This document shows, in pieces, positions 25,943-37,470 of a DNA stretch of 64,000 nucleotides. The notes beneath the pieces are model-generated. The model was not told where the DNA came from. It did not search any database and saw only the letters and a list, made by a program, of their open reading frames with translations. Origin of the DNA: Felis catus (taxonomy: Eukaryota); the NCBI RefSeq assembly GCF_018350175.1, contig NC_058383.1:13208001-13272000 (forward strand), written 5' to 3'. A program made the position numbers and the translations under genes. Each line of letters begins with the position of its first letter. The stretch's first letter is position 1.

Positions 25943-26724
25943 AGTAATGATAAAATGATAATGGTAATGCTGTATGAATGTCATAGGGATTCCAGCAGGT
26001 TCATTCATAATAGTTCACATTATAAGACCTGAGGCATACAGCCTGCCAGCCAGGGACGTTTGACTTTAGCTCGTCTGTACACTCAAGGGATTTATGACAT
26101 CAGTTACTTCCATTCAGAGAGGAAGAATAAATGAAGTGTTTGGGGGTTGTTTGTATTTTCACATATGTGTCAGTGTTTGACCCCTGCCCCTTAAAAATTT
26201 TTTAAAAATGAAGTTGAGGTAATACCTCTTTGGTTCAAAATGGCTTGAGTGTTTTCTGTTCCCAAGATTCTGTGATTCTGTGATTCTGTGATCAGAAAAA
26301 GTTTTGGTGACATGTGTTACTATTTTATTATACTGGCATCTGTGAAACTTGGTCTTTGAACCCGGCCATAAGTAGAAGTAGTATTTTCTTTCTCAAATTG
26401 TCCAGTTTGTTTTAGTTTTTCGTTGTTACTTGTTTTGTTTTCCCATTGGTAAACTAGTTATCATCATTTTTGGCAACCTAGGAAATTTTATTGGCTTCTT
26501 TGAATGACTGTGTTATAAAGTATTTATGGTATTAGCAGACTTGCAATTTTCTGTTAGAAATAGCCTATTAAAATTAATAATTGGCCTCCTTGTAAATTGT
26601 TGGTGGAATTACTGTTTCATTATACTGTGTTTGTTATTGGCAACTGGTTAGGCGTTTCTGGAATGCACAGAGAATAGGCATTCAATGAAGCATTAAAAAC
26701 TGCAAGAAGCCACCCTCTCCAAGA

Positions 26725-26755
<31 letters not shown>

Positions 26756-27225
26756 GAAGGAAAGGAAGAAAGGAAGAAAGAAACCAAAAGATTGGGCATA
26801 AATTATAAAGATGACAAAAATATTGCTTGAATGATGTTCTTTCTTGTAGGAAAAGAGGAATAGAGGAGATGCATATAGAATAGTGAGTATGCTAAACTGA
26901 GGAGAAATTCAAAGGGTAAAAATATCAATGAGATTCTTAAGGTATCTGTTGAAATAGATGAAGCAGATCCCATCAAAACTGGTGCCAGGAGTGATAATGG
27001 TTTTCAAGTATGTGTGTCTCAATTACTGGTGGTTTAGGTTGATGGAAAACTTAGTCATGTTTCCATTTTTTAAAAAACCTCATTATTTCCAATGTGTAAA
27101 AAAATAATTGTGCATGAAACACTGGGGCCTTTCTCTGCAAAAAGTAAAGCATTAATTCCAGTACAAGTAGAGATTTAAAATGAGATGCCGCCTTTTAGTT
27201 CTAGTTCATATTTTTCCCTGTTTTT

Positions 27226-27244
27226 CTCGCACCAGATGGCACTG
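27226..27244 (+). promoter_or_regulatory. CTCF-binding motif candidate
   Basis: CTCGCACCAGATGGCACTG matches the core except for the first C. Confidence 0.4.
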
Positions 27245-27914
27245 TTTAGTTCTGTTTCACAGTCTTGTTCTGGAAGTTTCTTTGGGAGAATCTGTTTTAG
27301 CCCAGGCTTACCAGTGACACCTCTGTGTTATGCTTGAAGGCTTTAGGGATACTTGTAAAAGGCCATTGACTCAGAAATGAAGCTGTTTATTTGGGGTCTT
27401 GTGGTTCCTTTCCAGCTGCACGTTCACTGTGAGGTGAGCCTAATAAACCAGCTGATAGAAAACCTAGATGTTCAGCTGACATCTTGCTTGGACACCGTTC
27501 CAGCAATGTGACGTTCAGCATTTTCACAGGCCAGTCTAATCATCTGATGCATTTGGAATGATTTTTTATGTAAAAGCGGAGCTACAATTATAAGGACACA
27601 CTTATTTTACAAAAATCTCATGGAGTTTAAAATGCTTCATGATAGTCCATTGAATCTTAAGTTCATCAAATTAAATTAAGAAAACAAAATTTGGAGAACT
27701 TTCCCTTACTTGTCTTTTTGTTTCCAAGACCAGCTCAGAAATAAATGATCAGAGACCTCGAATGTCATTACATATGAATGAGGCAGGTTCATGGCCCGGC
27801 CCACATCCTCGCTGCTAATAAAAATAAAACATCTTTTTTGAAAGGTGGAATTAGCTTTATCTGATACAAATGCCAGGATCATACATTGTAAGGCTTATCT
27901 CCCTGTGAAGCTTG

Positions 27915-28031
27915 CTTTCTTCCTTTCCCTTCCCCTTCCCCTTCCCCTTCCCCTTCCCCTTCCCCTTCCCCTTCCCCTTCCCTTCCCCTTCCCCTTCCCC
28001 TTCCCCTTCCCCTTCCCCTTCCCCTTCCTTC
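27915..28031. repeat. (CCCCTT)n hexanucleotide repeat
   Basis: ~17 units with a CCCTT interruption; all pyrimidine on the + strand. Confidence 0.97.
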
Positions 28032-28699
28032 AGAAACACTGAACATAATTAGAGTACACCTTTCGTCAAGGCTGGCTTTCCATTTACCGTTGTCTTGTGT
28101 GAAGAACAGGGTGGAGGGAAGCAGTAATAAACGGATAGGGCACTTCACTGAAGTAGCTGTCAGGAAAGGCGCAGGGACTCCAGCAGTAAGAGGCTAAGGC
28201 GGTTCCCTACACATAGTCAGGGACTGAAGTCAGGTCTTCCGTGGGGGTGGGAAGTGGGGGAGTGGAAGAGAGCTTGGGACAAGAATCCTCTTTTTGTTCA
28301 CTACCTCCGCGAATTAATCTAGTCAAGCCAGTTTCCTAAATGGAGCTTTGCCTAGTATCACTGGGGGCCTCCAGATACTTAAGCCTGCATTTACCAGTCT
28401 GCTTTTATTTTAATAGTTTCTTCTCTGTGTGTGAGGGGCAGTCGTGTTATTCTCAGCCAGCATGTTGTGCTGGAATTTGGATAAGTTCTGTCTCATTGTT
28501 TTATTTGCAAATTGTGAAGCTCCTTTAAACCTGCCGTCTTCTGAACACTTCTGGTTTGGTAGCAACCGCTCTGCCCCTTGCATTTTACTGCTCCTGGTGG
28601 TGACTCAGATGGGAACTTGGGGGTGGAGGTGGAGGGCCCTCTGGAGATTGGGGCAGTGAAGGCACAAATGAAATGTCATTATTTCCTGTCTTTAAAACG

Positions 28700-28910
28700 A
28701 GAAGGATTAATCTGGTGTCGTTCGCTGCCCCCACACCACTGACAGGAAAGCCCAGCGGCTACCAGCAAAAACCCTCCTCTGCTGCTGGAGAGGGCAGTGG
28801 GCGGGTTTGCCGGTTCCCAGGCACAGGTCCTCTGTGGAAGCGAGCACAAGACGGGCCGCTCCTATAAATCAAGCCCTGGATTTTATTAGAGTGTTTATGT
28901 AACCTCAGTT
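28700..28910 (+). promoter_or_regulatory. Promoter/enhancer-like GC-rich block with GC box and TATA box
   Basis: GGATTAAT ~28705, TGGGCGGG ~28798, TATAAAT at 28863; local CpG retention. Confidence 0.3.
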
Positions 28911-29875
28911 TATGTGCTATAATTCTTTGCTGTGTAGCCTAGAGTAATTCCCAAAGAGGATGTTTGTTCTTTTTCCTTGTAAATTTTGTAGCACAGGCTT
29001 TTGTTTTGACATTCTCCCTCCCTCCACCCTCCACCTTCTTGGGGGGGGGGTAGGGAGGGTAGGAGGGGTGTCGCTAACAGTTGATTGCTTCTTACTGAGT
29101 AAATTGAATAATACAGCAAAGGTTACGTTCTATTTTTACTAGATATTATCCCTACTCTTAAGTGGGGGGAAGAAAAACAACCTTGGCTCAAATTAATTTT
29201 TCACATTTTCAAGATTATGGGGTGGTAGGGTTAACATGTACTTAATTGTCGAGGAAATGAAACATAACTGGTAAAAAATAGCCTTTGCTGTGCTATCCAT
29301 GGGAGCCCCAGAGGCTCCCCCCCCCAACTTTATGTGCTCCCCCTTTCCCCGCTGATCTAATGTTGGTAGAGTCACATTGACTGCTAAGAGAGAAAATACA
29401 GACAGGGAATTTAGGGTAAAATTGACTTTTAACTGAAGAAAATGTCAGAGTAAGCAGACCAGATTCGACTATAATCCATGGAGATAACTACATGGAGAAA
29501 TGTTGTCCTTTGGAAATAAAGATAATTGGACTTAGCCACAGCATGTTTTTCAAGAAGTAGCTACAGAAATTTACCATTCCGTTCTTTGTTCAAACCTCCT
29601 GTTCGGTTCCTCGGAACAATAAAGTGATGCGACTGGTGCTAAGGCAATTGTTAGTGAACCCACTGTCCACCCGTTAGAGTTACGTATGGTCTACGAGCAC
29701 ATTTCACTTGACAATTTGTGTTTGATCGTCAGTGTAGCTTGAAGGTGTCCCTTCACAGATACATTCTTCTTCCTAGTTTAAAGATGGTAGTGCCGGGGAA
29801 CAGTTTATGAAGGAAGTAAATGAACAGAGGCATCTTTTTATGCTTACTTTACAGAACTGGATATGTGCTCTGGCA

Positions 29876-30336
29876 CTGCGCTGTTCAGTACTGTAGCCGC
29901 GCGTGGTGATTGAGCACGTGAAGTACAACTAGTCTTAATGAGAGGTGCTGTGAGTGCACAATACACACAGGATTCTGGACCTTTAGTGTGAAAACAAGAA
30001 TGTAAATGATCTCTTTACTAATTCATCTAGAGTACGTGTTGAAATGATAATCTTAATAATTTGGGTTAAAGTACGTCATTAAAATTAATTTTACCTATTT
30101 TTTTTTGCACTTTTAAATATAGCAGCTAAAAAAAGTTTTAAATTGCAGGGGTGCCTGGGTGGCTCATTCGATTAAGCATCTAACTCTTGATCTCAGCTCA
30201 GGTCTTGATCTCGTGAGTTTAAGCTCTGTGTTGGGCTCTGCCCTGGGCATGGAGCCTACTTAAAGAAAAGGTTTTTTTTTTTTTTATTACAAATATGACT
30301 CGCACTTGTGACTCACATTATTATTGGTCTGTGCTG
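29876..30336 (-). mobile_element. MER33 hAT-Charlie MITE, interrupted by a SINE
   Basis: gcgctgttcagtactgtagcc...tgagcacgtgaagt...gtgttgaaatgataat...taaaattaattttacct...gactcacatta...gtgctg matches the reverse complement of MER33. Confidence 0.8.
30148..30270 (+). mobile_element. Short-form Can-SINE lacking the (CT)n region, nested in MER33
   Basis: ggggtgcctgggtggctca...ctcttgatctcagctcaggtcttgatctc...ggcatggagcctacttaaa. Confidence 0.9.
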
Positions 30337-30604
30337 TTTCAAGGTTGTGTTGTCCAATGGGGGAAAGAACAAACCAGTATAATCAGTAAAGCTTTCAAAA
30401 TTATAGGTGTAGAAGAATATGTTGTGCTTTCTGATAACATATTAATACTCGAAATTGGTGATAAGATATGAATGAAGTTGGACATATTATGTATGTGTAG
30501 CTTGAAGATTTATGAGGAAATACTGACCAGAAGGCCCTAGACTGAAATAGTCCTCTGTTAGACTTCCTGTCAGTATCTTAAGGGAGAGATCCCATCTGAT
30601 AGGG

Positions 30605-30810
30605 TGCAGTGATTAAGAGAGTGGACTCTAGGGTGTGATCCCAGGTTGGTCACTTACAGTCTGTGTGATCTGAAGCAAGATACTTAGCTTCCTTGTGCCT
30701 CAGTTTCTCTACCTGTAAAATAATATAGGCCCTCCCTTAAAGGGTTCTATATATTAAATAAGACAAAATATCAACTGTACACTGGAATGAGCATAAGTGT
30801 TGACTGTTAC
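30605..30810 (+). mobile_element. MIR SINE
   Basis: gcagtgattaagagagtggactcta...tgtgcctcagtttctctacctgtaaaa. Confidence 0.75.
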
Positions 30811-31072
30811 AAGGACAAATATTAGTATCGTGTTGTCATTAAAGGATGTACAATGTTGATAGATATTCAAGAGTAAGCTCTGTTCTTAAGCAAATGGATG
30901 CTGTTGGCTTTCAGAAATCAGTCTGATTTATTTTATTTTAAGCCCCAAAGCAGAAATAATTAAAAATGGGAAAGTAAATGAACAAAAGGGGGAGCTCATT
31001 TATTGGGACGTATAATTAGAGAACAGTCTATAAAATGAAACTTGTCATAATTGCAGATTAAGCCAATTCCCT

Positions 31073-31245
31073 TTTTTTTTTAAACATTTTTTAAATGTTT
31101 ATTTATTTTTGAGAGAGAGAGATTGGGGGAGGGGAAGAGAGAGGGAGACAGAGGGTCTGAAGCAGGCTCTGCTCTGAGAGTGGAGAGCCTGATGTGGGGC
31201 TTGAACTCATGAACTGTGAGATGACCTGAGCCACTCAGGTACCCC
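31073..31245 (-). mobile_element. Can-SINE with internal deletion in the tRNA-derived head
   Basis: T-tail and (GA)n present; head reads gacctgagccactcaggtacccc; TSD-like ccaattcccttt/ccagttcccttc. Confidence 0.92.
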
Positions 31246-31479
31246 CCAGTTCCCTTCTTAATATATATTCAGTAGTACTGTGTATCTTTTTATCATAGTT
31301 CCCTGTCACAAAGTATATATTGGTCAGCAGTTTTGAGGCTTTTGATAATTGTGTTTATATTCTGATAAAGAGATGATAATCTCATGAGCCTATATTAGAG
31401 AATAACTGTTCCATATTAACCTAGAACTCTCTGTATTTTAAGGCAGTGTGTGTATATATACTTATAAAAACAAGTTTAA

Positions 31480-31704
31480 GGGGCACCTGGGTGGCTCAGT
31501 TGGTTGAGCGTCCAACTCCTGATTTTGGCTCAGGTCATGATCTCACCATTCTTGGAGTCAAGCCCCAAGTTGGGCTCTGAGCTGGGATTCTCCCCGCCCC
31601 CCCCTTCTCTGCCCCACCCCGCTCGTGCTCTCTCTCTCTCTCTCTCTCAAAATAAATAAACTTTTTTTTGAAGGTGGATGTCTCCTTAAAAATAAATAAA
31701 TAGG

Positions 31705-31735
<31 letters not shown>
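31480..31735 (+). mobile_element. Can-SINE with extra 3' sequence and (AAAT)n tail
   Basis: ggggcacctgggtggctcagttggttgagcg head; SINE body ends ~31661; TSD-like ataaaaacaagtttaa/ataaaaacaaattgaa lies outside the (AAAT)n. Confidence 0.9.
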
Positions 31736-31739
<4 letters not shown>

Positions 31740-32799
31740 AAACAAATTGAATAATTCATTCCAGCGTGTTCTTTACCAGGGCTAAGTAACCTGAGAATCA
31801 GTTGGTTTTTATTTTGACAAATAAAACCTGTGGTCTGGTAAGACCCCAGACAGCACTGTAGGGCAAGTCTCTTATGGTCAGAGGCAGCTTGTGGGTGATC
31901 TGTATGCAGGGACATTTATCATGGTGAAATTGATACCTGTGTTAGAATGTATAGATGAGGTTTGCCCATGGGAGAATTTTTTTAGGGTAGAAGATGGTCC
32001 TTAGGAAGAAATTTACCATCAAAAGTTTTGCAGAGGCCAGTATTGCCCCTATGTCACATACAAAACAGTTTATATTTTTAATTGTAGATGTCATGTGATG
32101 AGGGACTTCTTTTTACTTGGCTTTTTAAAAGTCAGACATTTAGTCAAACAAATTTGTTGAACTCCCGCAATATTCCAGGTGGAATGCTAATTTTCAGAGA
32201 GCTCGCAGGGGACACAGACCATGATCTGCATATTTGTACAGCATGGTGCTACTGTAGAGACCCTCTCTTACTTGTGTCTCTTTCGTTGTTTGTATCCTGC
32301 TGCTTTGCCCTCATAACATGCAACGGCCTTAACAGAGATCTGAACCAAGGATTAGAATAGTAAGCAACTCCCTTATATAAACGGATAGTATATTGAGTAG
32401 CGAGAGAAAACCTCATCAGGAGGCAGTTTGGCTTTACATCTTATGTGGTGGTCAATAGGGAGTTCTTGGAGGCTTCAAAACCAGGGAGTGGGTGTTGGTT
32501 CAGTCACGTGGAGAGACCGCTCTGAGCAGCAACAGTACGGTGTGGATGGCGGAACACCTGAGAGATCTGCTGAGAGAGGGTTTATGGTATCTGATGAAGA
32601 TCTGGGGACGTGCCAAAGCTCGAGTAGGTGCTCAAGTGAAAGAGTAAGTGGTGGGGGGGGGAGGGGGCAGAGGCGAGGGGTGTGAAAACTTTTAAGACAA
32701 ATTCTCCAACTTTTGAAGTGTGGAGGCGGGGGAGGAAAGAAGGGAAGATGATGATGGTGATCCCTGCTTGGTTTTCCAGAGTAGAGTAGGTATAAGATG

Positions 32800-33000
32800 T
32801 GATGCAAGGCTTCATGGGGACCACCTTAAATTTGAGGAAATTATTAGACCCCATAAAGGATGTGATAAGTATACTATTAAATATGCAGTTGGGAATGTGG
32901 GTCTGGTGTCCAGGAGAGAATGTCTGGGCTAGAGGCATGCTTTAGGGAGTCCTGCTCAAAAGGTGATTGCTGAAGCCATAGGAGGTGGATAAGATCATTC
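32800..33000 (-). mobile_element. L2 LINE fragment
   Basis: gcagttgggaatgtgggtctgg...tctgggctagag...tgaagccataggaggtggataagatc resembles antisense L2. Confidence 0.65.
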
Positions 33001-33019
33001 TTATCTCCCTGGTGATATA

Positions 33020-33770
33020 AAATCACACAGTTCTCCACTGTGCTTCTGGAAGATTTTCAAACACTTACATATGCCCTTCAAGGCCCTTTAAGATTTCTCT
33101 CTTTACTTTTGTAGTCTCCTTTATAGGAGTTCCCGCTGTTCTCTCCCCTGCTACCTGCATTCACTGCCCAGCGGTTCACTGGCCCCCTCACTTCCCTTGT
33201 TGTTCTGTATCTTCATTACATCGCACATGCTGTTCCCTGTGTCTGCAGCCTTTGTCCGTTTTGTCCTTGTAACAGACTGTGTATCTTTCATTGCTGCCCA
33301 GCCCCTGAACGCCTCTAGCCCAGCTAGTAGTGCCATCCTGAACCCATAAGATTTTGCACATACCTCTTTTCATTAGAATTTATCTGTCACTGTATAGTAA
33401 TTATAGCTTGCCTTTCTGTCACTCTTTAGAGACTGTGAACTCCTCAGAGAAATAACTTTATCTTTACATAACCAGCTAGAGGAAAACACTTAGCACATAG
33501 GTGCTCATTTTTCTTTTCTTTCTTAGAAAACTGACTTTTTTTTTTGACATTTATTTATTTTTGAGAGACAGAGAGAGACAGGTCAGGAGCAGGGGAGGAG
33601 CAGAGAGAGAGGGAGACACAGAATCTGAAGCAGGCTCCAGGCTCTGAGCTGTTAGCACAGTGCCTGATGCGGGGCTCGAACCCATGAACCGTGGGATCAT
33701 GACCTGAGCTGAAGTCAGATGCTTAACCAACTGAGCCACCCAGGTGCTCCATGTTTGATTAAATTAATTC
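33020..33770 (+). mobile_element. L2 LINE 3' fragment interrupted by a SINE
   Basis: ttcaaggccctt...gagactgtgaactcctcag...tagcacataggtgctca [SINE] atgtttgattaaattaat. Confidence 0.55.
33536..33750 (-). mobile_element. Feline Can-SINE
   Basis: T-tail, gagagagggagacacagaatctgaagcaggctcc, ends gagccacccaggtgctcc. Confidence 0.95.
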
Positions 33771-33899
33771 ACTTGTATGTGAGCCACAGGTGTTACATTA
33801 CTGATTTGGGTGTGTTTACAAGTTATTATACGTTAAAAACGTAATGATCTGCAGAATTTCAATCTGTTAAATGTGAGCAGGAATAATATAAAACATAAG

Positions 33900-34420
33900 G
33901 TCTTTATCAAAACCATTTTTTAATTGCAAAATCAATATCTCTTCCTTGTAGGAAACTTGGCTAATATGGATAAACTAAAAGAAGAAAACTTAAAATACCA
34001 GAAATCCTATCACCTAGTGATCTCTTGGTTTAAATCTATCAAGTTATTTTAAGAGTCTGTATAGAAAATAACAAAAAATAGGATCAGTTTGTGCATATTG
34101 TTCTTGACGGTTTGTGTAACTTACTACCTTGTGCATCTTTAAATATCAGAAAGTAGTCATTTGTTAAATGGCTAGATAATAAATACACCAGAATTCCATC
34201 ATAGAGGTTATTTAGCCATTTTCCTGCTGTTGGATTTTAGATTGTTCCAGAGTTTTCATGGAAATAATTATATTTTGATGGAAAATCTAGTAGTCTTGTC
34301 ATTGTCATCTTTATTATTTTTTTAAGAACATTTCTGGTGAACAAGAATGTAATTATTTTTTAAAATCCCATATTATCAAATCAGCCCTTAGAAAAGTCAT
34401 AGGAATTGCATTACCACTGG
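33900..34420 (-). mobile_element. Very old L1 (L1ME-like) fragment
   Basis: tttagccattttcctgctgttggattttagattgttccag and surrounding AT-rich L1ME-like pattern. Confidence 0.5.
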
Positions 34421-36099
34421 CTGAATTCTTTTTATCATGTATTTAGTTTCAAATTGCCTGAAACTTTAAAAAAATATATGTCGATAATTTAGCTTGCTAC
34501 TTTAGAAATGACAAACTTGGGGTAAAGAAATTACCAACTAAAGATTTTCTGTAAATGTAAATATTTTGGTAGGATTCTAAAATAGGCTTTTATGCATAAC
34601 TGTCAGGGTTTCTAAGTATGAGAAATGAATTTCATAGTCTAAGCAAGAGGTTTTAGATTATAGGATTGGAGTTAGGCCTTCTTGGGTATAGAGTGGGTGG
34701 TGATGTACCAGTAAGCCCCCCCCTTTTCCAGCTCTGTCATTAACTGGTCTTCTCAAGTCCCTTGTATGGCTGCCACCAGCTCCAAGCCAAGGTTTTATTA
34801 GGATGCAATCTTGGACCTAGGCCAGTGGATGTTAAATGTCATTGGCTGAATTTGGGATTTGGGATAACTTCTATATACTTCTGAATTCTCTGTGCTAGTC
34901 CACACCTCTTTTACCCGCACCATCTACACTGAACAACTCATGTAAATAATTATTCATAATATAGTAACACATGCTCTTGTCAGAGCTCATTGTGAAGAGC
35001 TGGTCAGGACTTTGAATGAAATACCTGCATAGAATCTTTAACTCTTGCTAGGTAATTTGCTCATTTTTCAAACTGATTTCACAGTCTTAATCAATCACTT
35101 AAGGAAACGAGAGAGGGCCAAAGGCGCCACCATTTGATATTACTGTCCTGAGGCCTAAACTGACCTCATAGTAATGAAATGGTGATCTTTTATAGCATTC
35201 TTGTCTCCTGAATAAATCTATTACAGGTTTCTGGACAGATTTCCCCCTCTCTGTAAACATCAGAAACACACAAAAGGGAACATCAAACCACAGAAAGCAA
35301 AATCATGGTCAGAATAAGTATACTATTTTGCTGCCAAACTTAAAAATTCACTTGTGGAATCTAATAGCTGTAGGCAAGAGATATTTATTGCAACCAAGAT
35401 TTAAGTGTGGTTTATTATGTTTATGGAGTAGTTTAATACTTCTTTTCTTTAAAACGAGTTTTTAATTTAGGAAAAAAAAAAAAAGAATTCAGATTTGTTC
35501 CCAGAGTAGAAATGACTGAACATCATGAGAGTAGTTAGGGTTGGGGTTTATGTGGGTAAGATTTCTGTTTACCCACTATAGTCATTGGATGGATTTAAAA
35601 GCTTTCCCAGATGGAATTTATGGAGTGAAATTTAAAACTGGTGTCCTGTGTACTACAATATATGATTACAACAAGCAATCAATTTAGAAAGAAATGGAAT
35701 GGAGAAGATACAGGTTAAATGATTAGTATTGTGTGGTGCGGTGGGACATGCAGAGAGCGTGCTTTAACGCTCAAGTCACTATGTCAACTTCCAACATCTG
35801 GTCTGAAGCTCCTAAGCAATGCATAATCCTAGAATGCATTAACTGCTTTCAGTGGCAGAGTATAATCCATTCTTAATAGGAACTTCCAGGGATATTGCCC
35901 ATCTAGATGACTGGCCAGGGGGAAGCAGAAAGGTGACAACTAATATTTCCTGGGTAGTTGGTCCTGATTCTCCAGGCTCCATGCTGAGTGCTTTATCTCT
36001 TTTACCCTGTTCAATCCTGCCTCCAACCTGATGAGGTGCAGATGGTAGAGATGAGATGATGGAGTTCAGAGAGATTTTTCTAAAGTCCTATTTATATAT

Positions 36100-36239
36100 A
36101 CAGGGTAACTACATATAGTTGTACAAATTATTCACTGCTTGAGGGCAGTCAGCTGAAGAAACAGGTAAGGGTTATGATTGCCCAGAGGAGGCACTTTTTT
36201 CCAATTTATGCTAAGTCCTGTGAAGGCCAGCTGTAGCCC
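36100..36239. mobile_element. MER91A-like hAT-Tip100 MITE inserted in a MIR
   Basis: cagggtaactacatatagttgtacaaattattcactgc...gcccagaggaggcactttttt...gtagccct; MIR pieces flank both sides. Confidence 0.6.
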
Positions 36240-36653
36240 TTATCACAAAGTTGTTTGGTGGCAGAGTTGGGATTTTAACTGAATCCTGTGTAGCTCTAAA
36301 AGTCATAGCATTTTTATTATATGATGCTGCCTCTTATAAGAGATATAATTTAGTACACTCTCTTTTATTCCCTTTTTACTCCTCTTTTATAAAAAAGTGA
36401 ATTTATTCTGTTAAAATGCTTTCGTGACATTGAACCGAAATCATGTGGAATCAAATGTTGATGTTACTTCCTTGGAAAAAGACTAATTCCTTAACTCGGG
36501 ACTGGGGAGAGGGTGTACTAAGTCCTTTAGCTTATTTCCATTTTTCCTGTGTATGCATGAATAAATATTGCAGAATAGGTAAGAAACTTAAAAATTGAAA
36601 CAGGATGTGTAAAAGGCATCAGATTATTAGAAACTATACATATAGGACTTCAA

Positions 36654-37470
36654 GTTCTCTTTTATTGAAGTGTAGTTGACGTGCAATGTCATGTTAGTTT
36701 CAGGCATACAATGTAGTGTTTCAACAATTCTGCACGTTATGCAGTGCTTACCATGCTAAGTGTAATTGCCACCTGTCACCATACAGTTATTACAGTATTA
36801 TTGAGTATGTTCTGTACCCTGTGCTTTTCATCCCAAGGTGTTATTTTATAACTGAAAGTTTGTTATCTCTTAATCCCCTTCACCTCCGTTGCTCATTTCC
36901 TTATGCCCCTCTCCTTTGGCAACAGCCATTTTGTTCTCTGTATTTATGAGTCTGTGGCTGGGTTGGTTTTTGTTTGTTTGTTTTTTTTGGTTGTTTTATC
37001 ATTCATTTTTTTTTTTGTGTTTTAGATTCCACATATAGATGAGATTATATTTGGTCTTTTGGTATCTTATTTCACATAGCATAATACCCTTTAGGCCCAC
37101 CAGTCTTGTCACCAATGACAAGATTTCATTGTTTTCATGGCTGGGTAGTATTCCATTGTGTATATCTCAGATCTTCTTTATCCATTCATCTATCAATGGA
37201 CGTGTGGGTTGCTTCCATATTTGGGCTACTGTAGATTAATGCTGCAATAAATATAGGAGCAGGTGCATGTTTCCTTTTGAATTAGTGTTTTCGTTTTCTT
37301 TGGGTAAACACCCACTAGTGGAATTACCGGAACATGTGCTGTTTCTATATTTAATTGTTTGAGCAACCTCCATACGGCTTTCCGCAGTGGCTGCACCAGT
37401 TTGCATTCCCACCAACGGCTCATGAGGGCTCCTTTTTGTCTACGTCCTCACCAACACTCATTATTTCTTG
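36654..37470 (-). mobile_element. 5'-truncated carnivore-type L1 (ORF2 C-terminal remnant + 3' UTR)
   Basis: Minus-strand [13 protein letters not shown]...IPLVGVYPK is the L1 ORF2p C-terminus; perfect 11-bp TSD TAGGACTTCAA at 36643-36653 and 37471-37481. Confidence 0.93.

Noticed and set aside
26266..26292. (GATTCTGT)3 short tandem array
   Set aside because: Typical 3' tail of MIR3/L3-type elements; no spacers, so not CRISPR-like
25716..28148. Low-complexity ORFs (SL, LP, FP, GE, GK, GR repeats) and HT-repeat ORFs elsewhere
   Set aside because: Products of microsatellites that lack stop codons
37226..37423. ORF with [10 protein letters not shown] motif (similar sequence at ~43460-43700)
   Set aside because: Dead L1 ORF2p C-terminal remnant in a 5'-truncated copy
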